Source: Lentisphaerae bacterium GWF2_45_14 (GTDB taxonomy: Bacteria > Verrucomicrobiota > Lentisphaeria > Victivallales > GWF2-45-14). From it: a stretch of DNA of 64,000 nucleotides. This document shows, piece after piece, positions 56,090 through 64,000 of this stretch. Location of the stretch: NCBI GenBank assembly GCA_001804785.1, contig MHBG01000048.1, positions 15,439 to 79,438 of the forward strand, written 5' to 3'. The notes beneath the pieces are model-generated. The model was not told the DNA's origin. It saw only the letters and a list, made by a program, of their open reading frames with translations, and ran no database searches. The stretch's first letter is position 1. Every line of letters starts with the position of its first letter. The position numbers were made by a program, and so were the translations under genes.

Positions 56090-57163
56090 TCAAAAAGCAC
56101 CGAGGGCCATGCTTCCGAAGGTGGCGGCGGGCGCCTGGTTCCTAAAGTCTTCCACGGATGCTCTGATCTGTTTGACGGTCCTCAGTACCTCGTCATAAAG
56201 TTCACGGTCTTTAAGGAGCATGCCGAGAGAGCCGTTGCTGTTATTCAATTGTGTCGCGAGTTCTCTGACGGTTTTTAGGGAGCCGTAGAGCTCGCCGTAA
56301 AGTTTGCCGTCATCGTTCATTATCTTTCCGAGTGAACCGTTGCCTGAAGATATTTTAGACGAGGCATCGGCCACGGAATCCAGCATCTTGATAAGCTTTT
56401 CATAGGCAGAATCGTCGGCGAGGAAGCGTGAGAAGTTATTGTTTCCATCCTTTAGCTTTCTTATTTCGGTAACGAGGGCATTCATATTTATGGAAGTTTC
56501 TTTCATCGAAGAAAAAAGAGAGAGAGTTTGGTCATATAGATAGTTGTCGTTGATGAATTTTGAAGCCGTACCTTTTCCGTTGATAAGGCTTTCTGCAAGC
56601 TTATTGATCTTTCCCGCGCCCTCGTTGAATTCCCGCGCCGCCGACTTGAGATCATTGAAAAAGCTCTCGTTATCGGTCATTTTTCTAAGGATGGCCTCAT
56701 CTTCCTTGAGCGTTCTTATAAGAGAGGCGGCCTCACTCATAATGTCCACGGGCGGAATGCCTTTCAATAGCAGTTCAGGCGCAATCCTCTTTCCAGGCCT
56801 TGCCCCGGGATTTATTTGAATGAATTCTCCACCGAAGACGGAGGAGCTTCTTACTGTTATCTGGTATCCTTCATAGACGGGTATTTCCTTCGCAATGGCC
56901 AGAACTGCGATGACTTTCTCATAATCCTCCGAAAGTATAAGCGATTTAACCTTACCTACTTCCATGCCCAGTACGGTAACCTTGTCGTTTTCTTTCAGCG
57001 CGCCAACGCCTTGGAATTCTACCTTCATAGTGAATTCTTTTCCGCCGAAGATGACGCTTCGTCCATTTATAACCGCCGTAAAGTAGAAGAGTATGGCCAT
57101 TGCCCCGAGGAAGAAAATACCTATGGAAAATTCCAGCATCAGCTGTCTTGTATTGCTTTTCAT
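56090..57163 (-). CDS. mlaD: MlaD/MCE family protein
   Basis: N-terminal TM, VGALKENDKVTVLGMEVGKV MCE domain, repeated GSLG helical tail. Confidence 0.85.
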   Translation of the reverse strand: MKSNTRQLMLEFSIGIFFLGAMAILFYFTAVINGRSVIFGGKEFTMKVEFQGVGALKENDKVTVLGMEVGKVKSLILSEDYEKVIAVLAIAKEIPVYEGYQITVRSSSVFGGEFIQINPGARPGKRIAPELLLKGIPPVDIMSEAASLIRTLKEDEAILRKMTDNESFFNDLKSAAREFNEGAGKINKLAESLINGKGTASKFINDNYLYDQTLSLFSSMKETSINMNALVTEIRKLKDGNNNFSRFLADDSAYEKLIKMLDSVADASSKISSGNGSLGKIMNDDGKLYGELYGSLKTVRELATQLNNSNGSLGMLLKDRELYDEVLRTVKQIRASVEDFRNQAPAATFGSMALGAF

Positions 57164-57172
57164 TTTTTCAGT

Positions 57173-57910
57173 TCAACTCCCGGCAGTCTGTGCGGCTATA
57201 AACTCGCGCACATATTTATTTTCACTCTTTTTAAATTCCTCGACCGAACAACATTCTTCAACCCTTCCATCGTTGAGAAGGGCAATCCTGTCGGCTATAT
57301 TAAAAGCGCTTATCAGGTCATGAGTAACCACAACAGAGGTAATATGTAACCTATTCTTGAGGGAAACAATCAATTCATCTATTTTTCTTGACATAATCGG
57401 GTCAAGTCCTGATGTTGGTTCGTCATAAAGTATCAGTTCGGGATCTGTCACGATGGCTCTCGCGAGTCCGGCTCGTTTTTTCATGCCTCCGGAAATTTCT
57501 CCAGGCATTTTGAACCAATGTTCCCGTAAGCCGAGAGTAGAAAGTACGTTTTCAACCTTTTCTTCAACCAAGTCTTCTTTGAGGCGTTTTGCCTCCCGGA
57601 GCGGGAGCGCTACATTGTCCTTTATGTTCATCCAGTTGAGAAGTGCCCCGGACTGAAAGAGCACCCCGAAGCGGGAGCGGAGTTTTTCAAGCCTGCGCCC
57701 CCTGAGACGTCCGACATCCATTCCGTCGACAAATACTTCTCCTGAGTCCGGCACGTGAAGCCCGACAATATGCCGGAGCGTAACAGATTTCCCCGTCCCC
57801 GTCGGACCGAGGATGACGAATGTCTCGCCGCTTTTTATCTCAAGGTCGATGCCTTTAAGGATATGCTGCCCGAATAGATATTTATGTACGCCTTTGAATT
57901 GAATCATCAT
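57173..57910 (-). CDS. mlaF: MlaF-type ABC ATPase
   Basis: GPTGTGKS, FQSGALL, ISGGMKKR, YDEPTSGLDP. Confidence 0.9.
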   Translation of the reverse strand: MMIQFKGVHKYLFGQHILKGIDLEIKSGETFVILGPTGTGKSVTLRHIVGLHVPDSGEVFVDGMDVGRLRGRRLEKLRSRFGVLFQSGALLNWMNIKDNVALPLREAKRLKEDLVEEKVENVLSTLGLREHWFKMPGEISGGMKKRAGLARAIVTDPELILYDEPTSGLDPIMSRKIDELIVSLKNRLHITSVVVTHDLISAFNIADRIALLNDGRVEECCSVEEFKKSENKYVREFIAAQTAGS

Positions 57911-57911
57911 T

Positions 57912-58718
57912 TCAGTAAAAAAGCCTTGTAAGAAAGTAACCGCTTATAAGTACGAGAAGAAAGGAAATAACAACAGAGCTTCGAGTCGCAATCCCTACGC
58001 CGATGGCTCCTTTTGTGGCGCTGAGGCCCTCATAACAGCTTATCCCAACTATTATTATAGCAAATACCCATGACTTGAGTATCCCAATCCATATCTCTTT
58101 CAAGCCCAGCATGAAGAGAACATTTTCATAGTAAAGACCCCACGAGACGTTAAGCTGACTCGACGCGACAGCGCCGCCGCCGACTATCCCAATAAAGTCG
58201 GTATATATCGTGAGTACCGGACACATTACCATCATAGCGGCCAGGCGCGGCATCACAAGAAAACGCACCGGATTTATCGACATTACCTCGAGCGCGGCAA
58301 TTTCCTCCGAAACCGCCATTGTCCCAAGTTGAGCCGCAATTGCCGAACCAACACTCGCGGAAAGAATAAGCGCCGTCATAATGGGCCCCATTTCACGGCA
58401 CATGGCCTCAGTAACAAGGGTGCCGACCCGCATCTCCTGGCCGTAGTCACGGAGTATAAGGCCCGACTGAAGTGCAAGAATCATACCTGTAAAAAGGGCG
58501 ACAACGGTGGTTACCCCGAAACTTTTTATTCCGGCGAGGAACATCTGGCGCGCGACTTCGTCTCTGCTCCTCAGTATAAGGGGAAGAAACAAAAAAGCCT
58601 CGAAGACCATAAGAAGACCACGCCCTGCATGGCGGACGACCTTAAGAAAACTTCTTCCGACATATATGACAGGATTATTAGATGGCGGGTAATAGTCCTG
58701 CTCGTACGGTATTATCAT
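57912..58718 (-). CDS. mlaE: MlaE-type ABC permease
   Basis: REMGPIMTAL, GSAIAAQLGTM..SEEIAAL, FLVMPR. Confidence 0.9.
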   Translation of the reverse strand: MIIPYEQDYYPPSNNPVIYVGRSFLKVVRHAGRGLLMVFEAFLFLPLILRSRDEVARQMFLAGIKSFGVTTVVALFTGMILALQSGLILRDYGQEMRVGTLVTEAMCREMGPIMTALILSASVGSAIAAQLGTMAVSEEIAALEVMSINPVRFLVMPRLAAMMVMCPVLTIYTDFIGIVGGGAVASSQLNVSWGLYYENVLFMLGLKEIWIGILKSWVFAIIIVGISCYEGLSATKGAIGVGIATRSSVVISFLLVLISGYFLTRLFY

Positions 58719-58768
58719 GATGATCCTTTTTCCAATCTGGATATCTTTCTATTCTAACTCAAAATGAC

Positions 58769-60133
58769 CTAAAATTCAAGGAGCTTGAAAAGTTTAAGAT
58801 GAAAACCGTCTTCAGCACCCGTGCGCAATGAGAAAAGCCCGCCAAGGAAATCATGTTCCGTGAGTGACGAGGTGTCTTCCCAGTGCACAGAATAAAATGG
58901 TGAGATTGAAAACTCATTCCGTCCATCCGATCCGTTTCTGTACGAAAAAAGTCCCCATAGAATCTCCATTCGGCCCGCGTGTGAAGATTGCTCAAAATCG
59001 AAGATCGTCCACAGCGGCTTCCAGTTTCTTTCCACGGCCGAAAAACTGTCAAGAAGCCAGAGGTCGGGACACGAGATCCTTATCCTGTCTGCATTGGATT
59101 CGTAGGACAGGAAGGGCCATGCCTTCAGAATTTCCTCTTTAATCTTGCCGTCGCGGGAAGATGTGGTTCTTGTTCTTGCGAAGGGCCAGAGATAAAAGCT
59201 TTTCTCCTGCCCGCTCCGCTCAGTATTTCCATAAAATGGCCAGAAATAAAGCCTCGATTCTCCGGCGTAAGGAAAGTCATCGCGATACTGAAAAAATGGC
59301 CAGAGCATATCCAGCCTGCAGAGGGAGGAATCGTTTGACTTTAGAGAAACCTCAAACAGAGGCCATATTGAGCTCCATGAAACAGTGTTTTTATCATAAC
59401 AACGACCGAGGAATGGCCAGAGCATCCAACCTCCCGAAAAGTTACCGGCTCGGTTTCTGAATAGCGAATAAGTATAAAAAGGCCACATGATAAAGCCGGA
59501 GTGGGAACCGCCTTCTTCAATATTTACCCCGTAAAAGGGCATTATCCTATACTTGCGGCCGGCCTCTCCTTCCGCAAATGAAACAAAAGGCCATAGTATG
59601 GAATGTTCAGTTACCTGTCCGCGTTTAGTTTTTACATAGAGAGGGAAAACTATAAAATATATACTGTCATAGAGGAATATTTTACGAAGTTCTCCATAAA
59701 GCGGGAAAAAGGTCAGAGACTTTCCTTCATCTGATCCGGAGTCATAAGAGAAAAAAGGGAAAACGGCGAAAGATCCGCTGTCTGCTATCTTATCATGAAA
59801 GTGTGAGTAGAACAGTGCGCGCCCGCGGCTTTCGTACCAGTATTCTTTGAATTCGCAGAATGGCCAGAGAATGTCAAGTTGCGAACTTTTCTTTTCGTTA
59901 AGTGTGCTGAACAGCGGGCATACGGCCCATACCGTTTTCTCAGGAATTGCTGTGCGCCTGGAGTAGATTAAAGGGCCGAGCGCTCTGAGGTAATAGGCAT
60001 CGGCATTATCTACAGGAGAATACTCTTCGTATTTGATGAGGGGAGCCAAATTTAAGTCGGCAAAAACTGATTGCCCGGCACTGATGAAAAGTAGGACGGT
60101 CAATATAATATTTTTTCTCAGGAGAAGCGGCAT
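58769..60133 (-). CDS. Hypothetical exported protein with WP/FP aromatic repeats
   Basis: Signal peptide; many (L/F)(W/F)P(F/L) motifs; directly upstream of mlaEFD. Confidence 0.65.
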   Translation of the reverse strand: MPLLLRKNIILTVLLFISAGQSVFADLNLAPLIKYEEYSPVDNADAYYLRALGPLIYSRRTAIPEKTVWAVCPLFSTLNEKKSSQLDILWPFCEFKEYWYESRGRALFYSHFHDKIADSGSFAVFPFFSYDSGSDEGKSLTFFPLYGELRKIFLYDSIYFIVFPLYVKTKRGQVTEHSILWPFVSFAEGEAGRKYRIMPFYGVNIEEGGSHSGFIMWPFYTYSLFRNRAGNFSGGWMLWPFLGRCYDKNTVSWSSIWPLFEVSLKSNDSSLCRLDMLWPFFQYRDDFPYAGESRLYFWPFYGNTERSGQEKSFYLWPFARTRTTSSRDGKIKEEILKAWPFLSYESNADRIRISCPDLWLLDSFSAVERNWKPLWTIFDFEQSSHAGRMEILWGLFSYRNGSDGRNEFSISPFYSVHWEDTSSLTEHDFLGGLFSLRTGAEDGFHLKLFKLLEF

Positions 60134-60138
60134 ACGCC

Positions 60139-60528
60139 TTATTTCCTGACCTCAGCGAGAACCGATTCGACCTCGCGCACTAACATATCGGTAAACTGCA
60201 CGCCTTTCTGCATTATTCTGACAGTATTTTCGTCAAGGAACTTTTTTTCATCATCATTGAGATTTTTTGCGGTATTCACGATAACCGGCACTTTTCTGAT
60301 ATTTTCAGGCTGTTCTTTTTTCCATTTAAGAAAGTCAAAACCGTTTTCATCCGGCATCATCAGGTCAAGAACGATGAGTTCGGCAATTCCACCCTGCACC
60401 AGGTAGTTACGGGCGTCTTTCGCCGCAAGAGCTGTTTTGACCTCAAATCCTCTCCTCTGAAGAAGAATTTGGCTCAACCTAAGCAGTGTCGCTTCATCAT
60501 CTACTATAAGGACGGTACCGATACTCAT
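60139..60528 (-). CDS. Single-domain response regulator
   Basis: LIVDDE, LDLMMP, TAK. Confidence 0.9.
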   Translation of the reverse strand: MSIGTVLIVDDEATLLRLSQILLQRRGFEVKTALAAKDARNYLVQGGIAELIVLDLMMPDENGFDFLKWKKEQPENIRKVPVIVNTAKNLNDDEKKFLDENTVRIMQKGVQFTDMLVREVESVLAEVRK

Positions 60529-60691
60529 TTTTGAACTCCATGTATACAGGGGGTAATATATCTGTTATTCCGGACGAAGCTAGAGTGGCATGCAAGTTTT
60601 TCACATTGTTTTTCAACATGGGCGGCGCGGAAAGAACACAATAGCACCGCCGTTCGGAAAAATGTTATAGTTCTGTTTGACACTGCGGTAT

Positions 60692-61684
60692 TTAGTTTTG
60701 GCTTGAACGACTTTGCGAATAGTCTTTCCGATAAAAACGTTCCGGCGCTACGGTAGCATAGGCAGGATAGCGTTTTATCAATGATTCCGGGGCCTCTTTG
60801 GGTATATAGCGGAAACGCTGGTAAAACCATAAATATTGTTCAGGATGCTGCCGGACGAGTTCTTCGGTAAGTTTCATCAGCTCCTGTGTCATTTCGGTAT
60901 CGTCGGCATATTCCGAGGTCGGTTTCGAAAGATATCTTACAAATGACGTGTAATAACCATTTTCCCTTGAGCAGCCTCCTATGCATACCGGCACGTTAAA
61001 TTTTCTCGCAAAAAAGGCTGGCACTGTCGCGGTCGGAACGGGAAGCCCGAAAAAATCAACGAAAACCCCGCCGTCCCGCGCTCTTGTGTTTTGATCTACT
61101 AATGTCGCCATTATGCATCCGTCCTTGAGGGCTTTTACCATCCCTTTGACTGCACCCTTGGCAGGTATGACTTTTGTGCTTGTAAAGCGCCTCCCTGAGT
61201 TGACCAGGTTGTTCAAATAGGGATTGTTCATTGTCCTGGCCACCACGGCAAACGGCAGTCCGCTGTAATGGGAGACCATAAGCCCCGCAAGCTCCCAGTT
61301 TCCGAGATGCGGAGAAACAAAAATAAGGCCTTTCTTATCTTCTCTGGCACGCTGGATGCAAGCCAAGAAATCCTCGCAGCAACGAACATGTTTTTCAATC
61401 CTCTCCGGACTGTCCGAAAACCATATAAACTCCAGCGCTGTCATTACCAGGCTTGACAGGTTCAGCATTCCCAGTTTCTTGATTTCTGATTTGCTTTTTT
61501 CGGGAAAAGCGGCGGCAAGGTTTTCATTAACAACTTTTCGGAAATATGGTACCTGATACATTCCCCAGCCCACGACTGTCGCAAAAAAGCGAAGGCCGCA
61601 GAGCGGAAGATTTTTTACAATCAGATAGAGAGGATAAAACAGCGCGAACTCTATAAGATATCTAAGTTTTTTGAAAAAAGTCAT
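60692..61684 (-). CDS. Lipid A acyltransferase (LpxL/HtrB family)
   Basis: HLGNWE, LVDQ, VDFFG, HPEQYLW. Confidence 0.88.
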   Translation of the reverse strand: MTFFKKLRYLIEFALFYPLYLIVKNLPLCGLRFFATVVGWGMYQVPYFRKVVNENLAAAFPEKSKSEIKKLGMLNLSSLVMTALEFIWFSDSPERIEKHVRCCEDFLACIQRAREDKKGLIFVSPHLGNWELAGLMVSHYSGLPFAVVARTMNNPYLNNLVNSGRRFTSTKVIPAKGAVKGMVKALKDGCIMATLVDQNTRARDGGVFVDFFGLPVPTATVPAFFARKFNVPVCIGGCSRENGYYTSFVRYLSKPTSEYADDTEMTQELMKLTEELVRQHPEQYLWFYQRFRYIPKEAPESLIKRYPAYATVAPERFYRKDYSQSRSSQN

Positions 61685-62541
61685 CAGAAACTTCTCCTTC
61701 TCCTTTTCGGTGCGGCGCTGAAAGATATCAGGCCTTTTTCCGAAAGATTAACTCCCTGTGTGAAAAGTATCTTGTGGACGGAAGATACTGCCATATTCTG
61801 GATAAGATGGTACCTGTTGTCGGACGAACTGTTCCAGTTGAACGCGCTTGCCGCGATCTCCACCGAAAGGTCATCCTTTATATATAGAAGTCCCCATCCG
61901 TCCGCAAGTTCGGAGGGCTTTACCGTACCATCCGGGACCGCGAGATAAAGGTAATCCGCAACACGGGCCGTGCGTATCTTTTCAAAAACACTTCCTTTGT
62001 AAACAGCATGTTCAAGTTTCTCTATTTTGCGGACGCATTTATGGTACTCCTTGTTCTCTGATTTTTCGAATCTCCAGATATCGATATCATCGAAAAGTGA
62101 ATCATTTTCTCTCAAAAATGGCTCCTCTTTTTTGACAATCTCCCGGAGCCTTTCCAGCTTTGATTTTTCCATGGCGAGAATTGGCAGAAGCTTATCCTTT
62201 TCGCCGCAGTCGGGCCAGCATTCCTCGCGCCCGGTTTTTATTTCTACGATAAGTGTTTTTTCCGGTTTGAGAATTTTTCTGACCGGAATGGACCAGAATG
62301 CGGCGATAGATGCCTTGTAGCGGGAAATCCTGGTGGGAACGTCAACTGCTATTCCTGAAGGAGTCTGAATCGCGAGCCATCCCAGCACTGATTTTTTCAA
62401 CCTTAGGGGAAGTTTTTCCTTACGAGAAGTTTTTTTCTCTTCCGCGAGAGCATTGTCTCCGGCGGGTTGTTCCTGGAATTCAAAAGACATCTGTGAATCA
62501 CTATCCATAATTCTGCCTATATTCTGTTTCCTTTGTAACAA
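61684..62541 (-). CDS. Hypothetical protein, PD-(D/E)XK/MmcB-like
   Basis: IVEIKTGREE and ADYLYLAVP...ELADGWGLL. Confidence 0.5.
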   Translation of the reverse strand: MLQRKQNIGRIMDSDSQMSFEFQEQPAGDNALAEEKKTSRKEKLPLRLKKSVLGWLAIQTPSGIAVDVPTRISRYKASIAAFWSIPVRKILKPEKTLIVEIKTGREECWPDCGEKDKLLPILAMEKSKLERLREIVKKEEPFLRENDSLFDDIDIWRFEKSENKEYHKCVRKIEKLEHAVYKGSVFEKIRTARVADYLYLAVPDGTVKPSELADGWGLLYIKDDLSVEIAASAFNWNSSSDNRYHLIQNMAVSSVHKILFTQGVNLSEKGLISFSAAPKRRRRSF

Positions 62542-62588
62542 GTAACTACAAACTGTGAATTATCCAGAGGCGGTGGGTGTTTTTTAAT

Positions 62589-62619
62589 AAAAAAAGCCGG
62601 TCTCCCCGAGGAGACCGGC
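62589..62619 (-). terminator. Intrinsic terminator after rpsA
   Basis: GCCGGTCTCC-TCGG-GGAGACCGGC followed by a T run on the minus strand. Confidence 0.85.
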
Positions 62620-62654
62620 CATGTTTTCACTATTATGAGTCTGACCGGGAGGAA

Positions 62655-63998
62655 TTACTCTCTTCCATCAGATTCCTGTCTGCTTGCGTGTTCTGCGATC
62701 GAACTGTCGAGGAGCTCGCCCATGTCAACCATATCCTCTCCGGGACGGAGGGCAGCGGTGACTTCCTCTGCCGCCGCTCTTAGATCAGCTTCTGAGAAGG
62801 TTTCGCTGACAGCCTTGATGCTGAGGCCAATCCTTCTTTCTTCCTGATCGATCTTGATGACCCGGGCTTCGACTTCATCGCCGAGCTTAAGGATATCTTT
62901 GACCTTTTCAATATGGTCTTTGCTAATCTGGGATATGTGGATGAGTCCGTCTATTTTGTGAGTGAGCTCTATAAACGCGCCGAACGCGGTTATCTTGGTG
63001 ACTTTGCCTTTGACAAGGTCGCCTATTTTGTAGAGCTGATCAATGTTTGACCACGGATCATCTTCCGCCTGTTTGAGGCCGAGGGATATTCTCTGCTGTT
63101 CCGGATCAATGTCGAGGATTATTGCTTCGACTTCATCGCCGGCTTTTAATATCTCGCTTGGGTTGTTTATCTTACGTGTCCAAGACATATCGGATACATG
63201 GATCATTCCGTCTATGTCGTTTTCAATTTCCACGAATGCTCCATAGCTGGTCATATTCCTGACTTTGCCTTTAATCTTGGTTCCGGCAGGATATTTTTCG
63301 GCGAGGACTTCCCATGGATTACGGGATTTCTGACGGAGTCCGAGGGAAATCTTCTTCTCGTCCTTGTCAATGTCGAGCACTACCGCTTCGACTTCTTCGC
63401 CTACGCTTACAACTTCACCGGCCTTGGTTATTCTCTTGGTCCAAGACATTTCGGATACGTGGATGAGGCCTTCAATACCGTCTTCGATTTCAACAAATGC
63501 GCCATAGGGCATTATATTTACTATGCGGCCCTTAATCTTGGTGCCGACGGGATATTTTGCTTCGACATTTTCCCACGGATTTTCTGATTTCTGCTTGAGT
63601 CCGAGTGAAACGCGTTCCTTGTCATAGTCTATATCAAGTATCATCACTTCGACTTCATGCCCTATTTCCAGCATTTCTGAAGGATGTGCAATCCTGCCCC
63701 ATGACATATCGGTGATATGAAGGAGCCCGTCCACTCCGCCGAGGTCGATGAACGCACCGAAGTCGGTGATGTTCTTGACAAGACCCTTGCGGACCTGGCC
63801 GACTTCCATATCCTTGAGTAGGCTCGCTCTCTTGTCCTTGCGGGATTCTTCGAGGAGTTCTCTCCGGGAAACAACGATGTTTTTTCTTTCCTGATTGATC
63901 TTGAGTATCTTGAAGTCGTATTCCTGACCCAGGTAATCGTCCATGTTGCGTACGGGGCCGATATCAAGCTGTGAACCGGGCAGGAATGCCTCAACTCC
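62655..63998 (-). CDS. rpsA: 30S ribosomal protein S1; 5' end outside window
   Basis: Repeated S1 domains (FGAFIDLGGVDGLLHITDMSW and similar); frame open to the window edge (GVEAFLPGSQLD). Confidence 0.96.
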   Translation of the reverse strand, partial: GVEAFLPGSQLDIGPVRNMDDYLGQEYDFKILKINQERKNIVVSRRELLEESRKDKRASLLKDMEVGQVRKGLVKNITDFGAFIDLGGVDGLLHITDMSWGRIAHPSEMLEIGHEVEVMILDIDYDKERVSLGLKQKSENPWENVEAKYPVGTKIKGRIVNIMPYGAFVEIEDGIEGLIHVSEMSWTKRITKAGEVVSVGEEVEAVVLDIDKDEKKISLGLRQKSRNPWEVLAEKYPAGTKIKGKVRNMTSYGAFVEIENDIDGMIHVSDMSWTRKINNPSEILKAGDEVEAIILDIDPEQQRISLGLKQAEDDPWSNIDQLYKIGDLVKGKVTKITAFGAFIELTHKIDGLIHISQISKDHIEKVKDILKLGDEVEARVIKIDQEERRIGLSIKAVSETFSEADLRAAAEEVTAALRPGEDMVDMGELLDSSIAEHASRQESDGRE

Positions 63999-64000
63999 GT

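Overview
Positions 1 to ~39260 are the right-hand part of a podovirus-like prophage sitting against the 3' end of a tRNA-His gene (39261-39338, minus strand). It has plus-strand virion genes (tail nozzle-like protein, ejection proteins, a 3067-aa polyvalent protein). These converge on a long minus-strand operon: Cro/Xis-like HTH, Rha, exonuclease, RecT-like, SSB-like, ERCC4, split RecD2, nucleotide enzymes, two DNA methyltransferases, primase-helicase, TerS, TerL. A divergent repressor and an origin-like non-coding block lie next to the attachment site. No integrase, portal or capsid gene is in the window. Positions ~39430-64000 are host genes, probably of a PVC-superphylum (Lentisphaerota-like) bacterium (inference): metG, an MFS/ATP-grasp/HATPase-GNAT operon, an XRE-PAS-histidine kinase, a LacI/prepilin-like/putative glycosidase module, aroF, broken iorAB, paaK, broken rlmI, mlaEFD, an lpxL-like gene and rpsA. 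The best novelty candidate is inside the giant virion gene. Directly behind its putative BECR-fold RNase domain are two tandem antisense cassettes, each a sigma70-type promoter followed by a foldable RNA; the first promoter is a perfect consensus and its RNA has a repeated hairpin loop. This may be an RNA-antitoxin/immunity layer hidden in a coding sequence. Also notable: a 52-aa stand-alone NrdD glycyl-radical protein missed by the ORF track, an iteron/AT-rich origin candidate, and a 38-bp palindrome at the iorAB deletion junction. All family calls are by-eye motif recognition; no searches were run.
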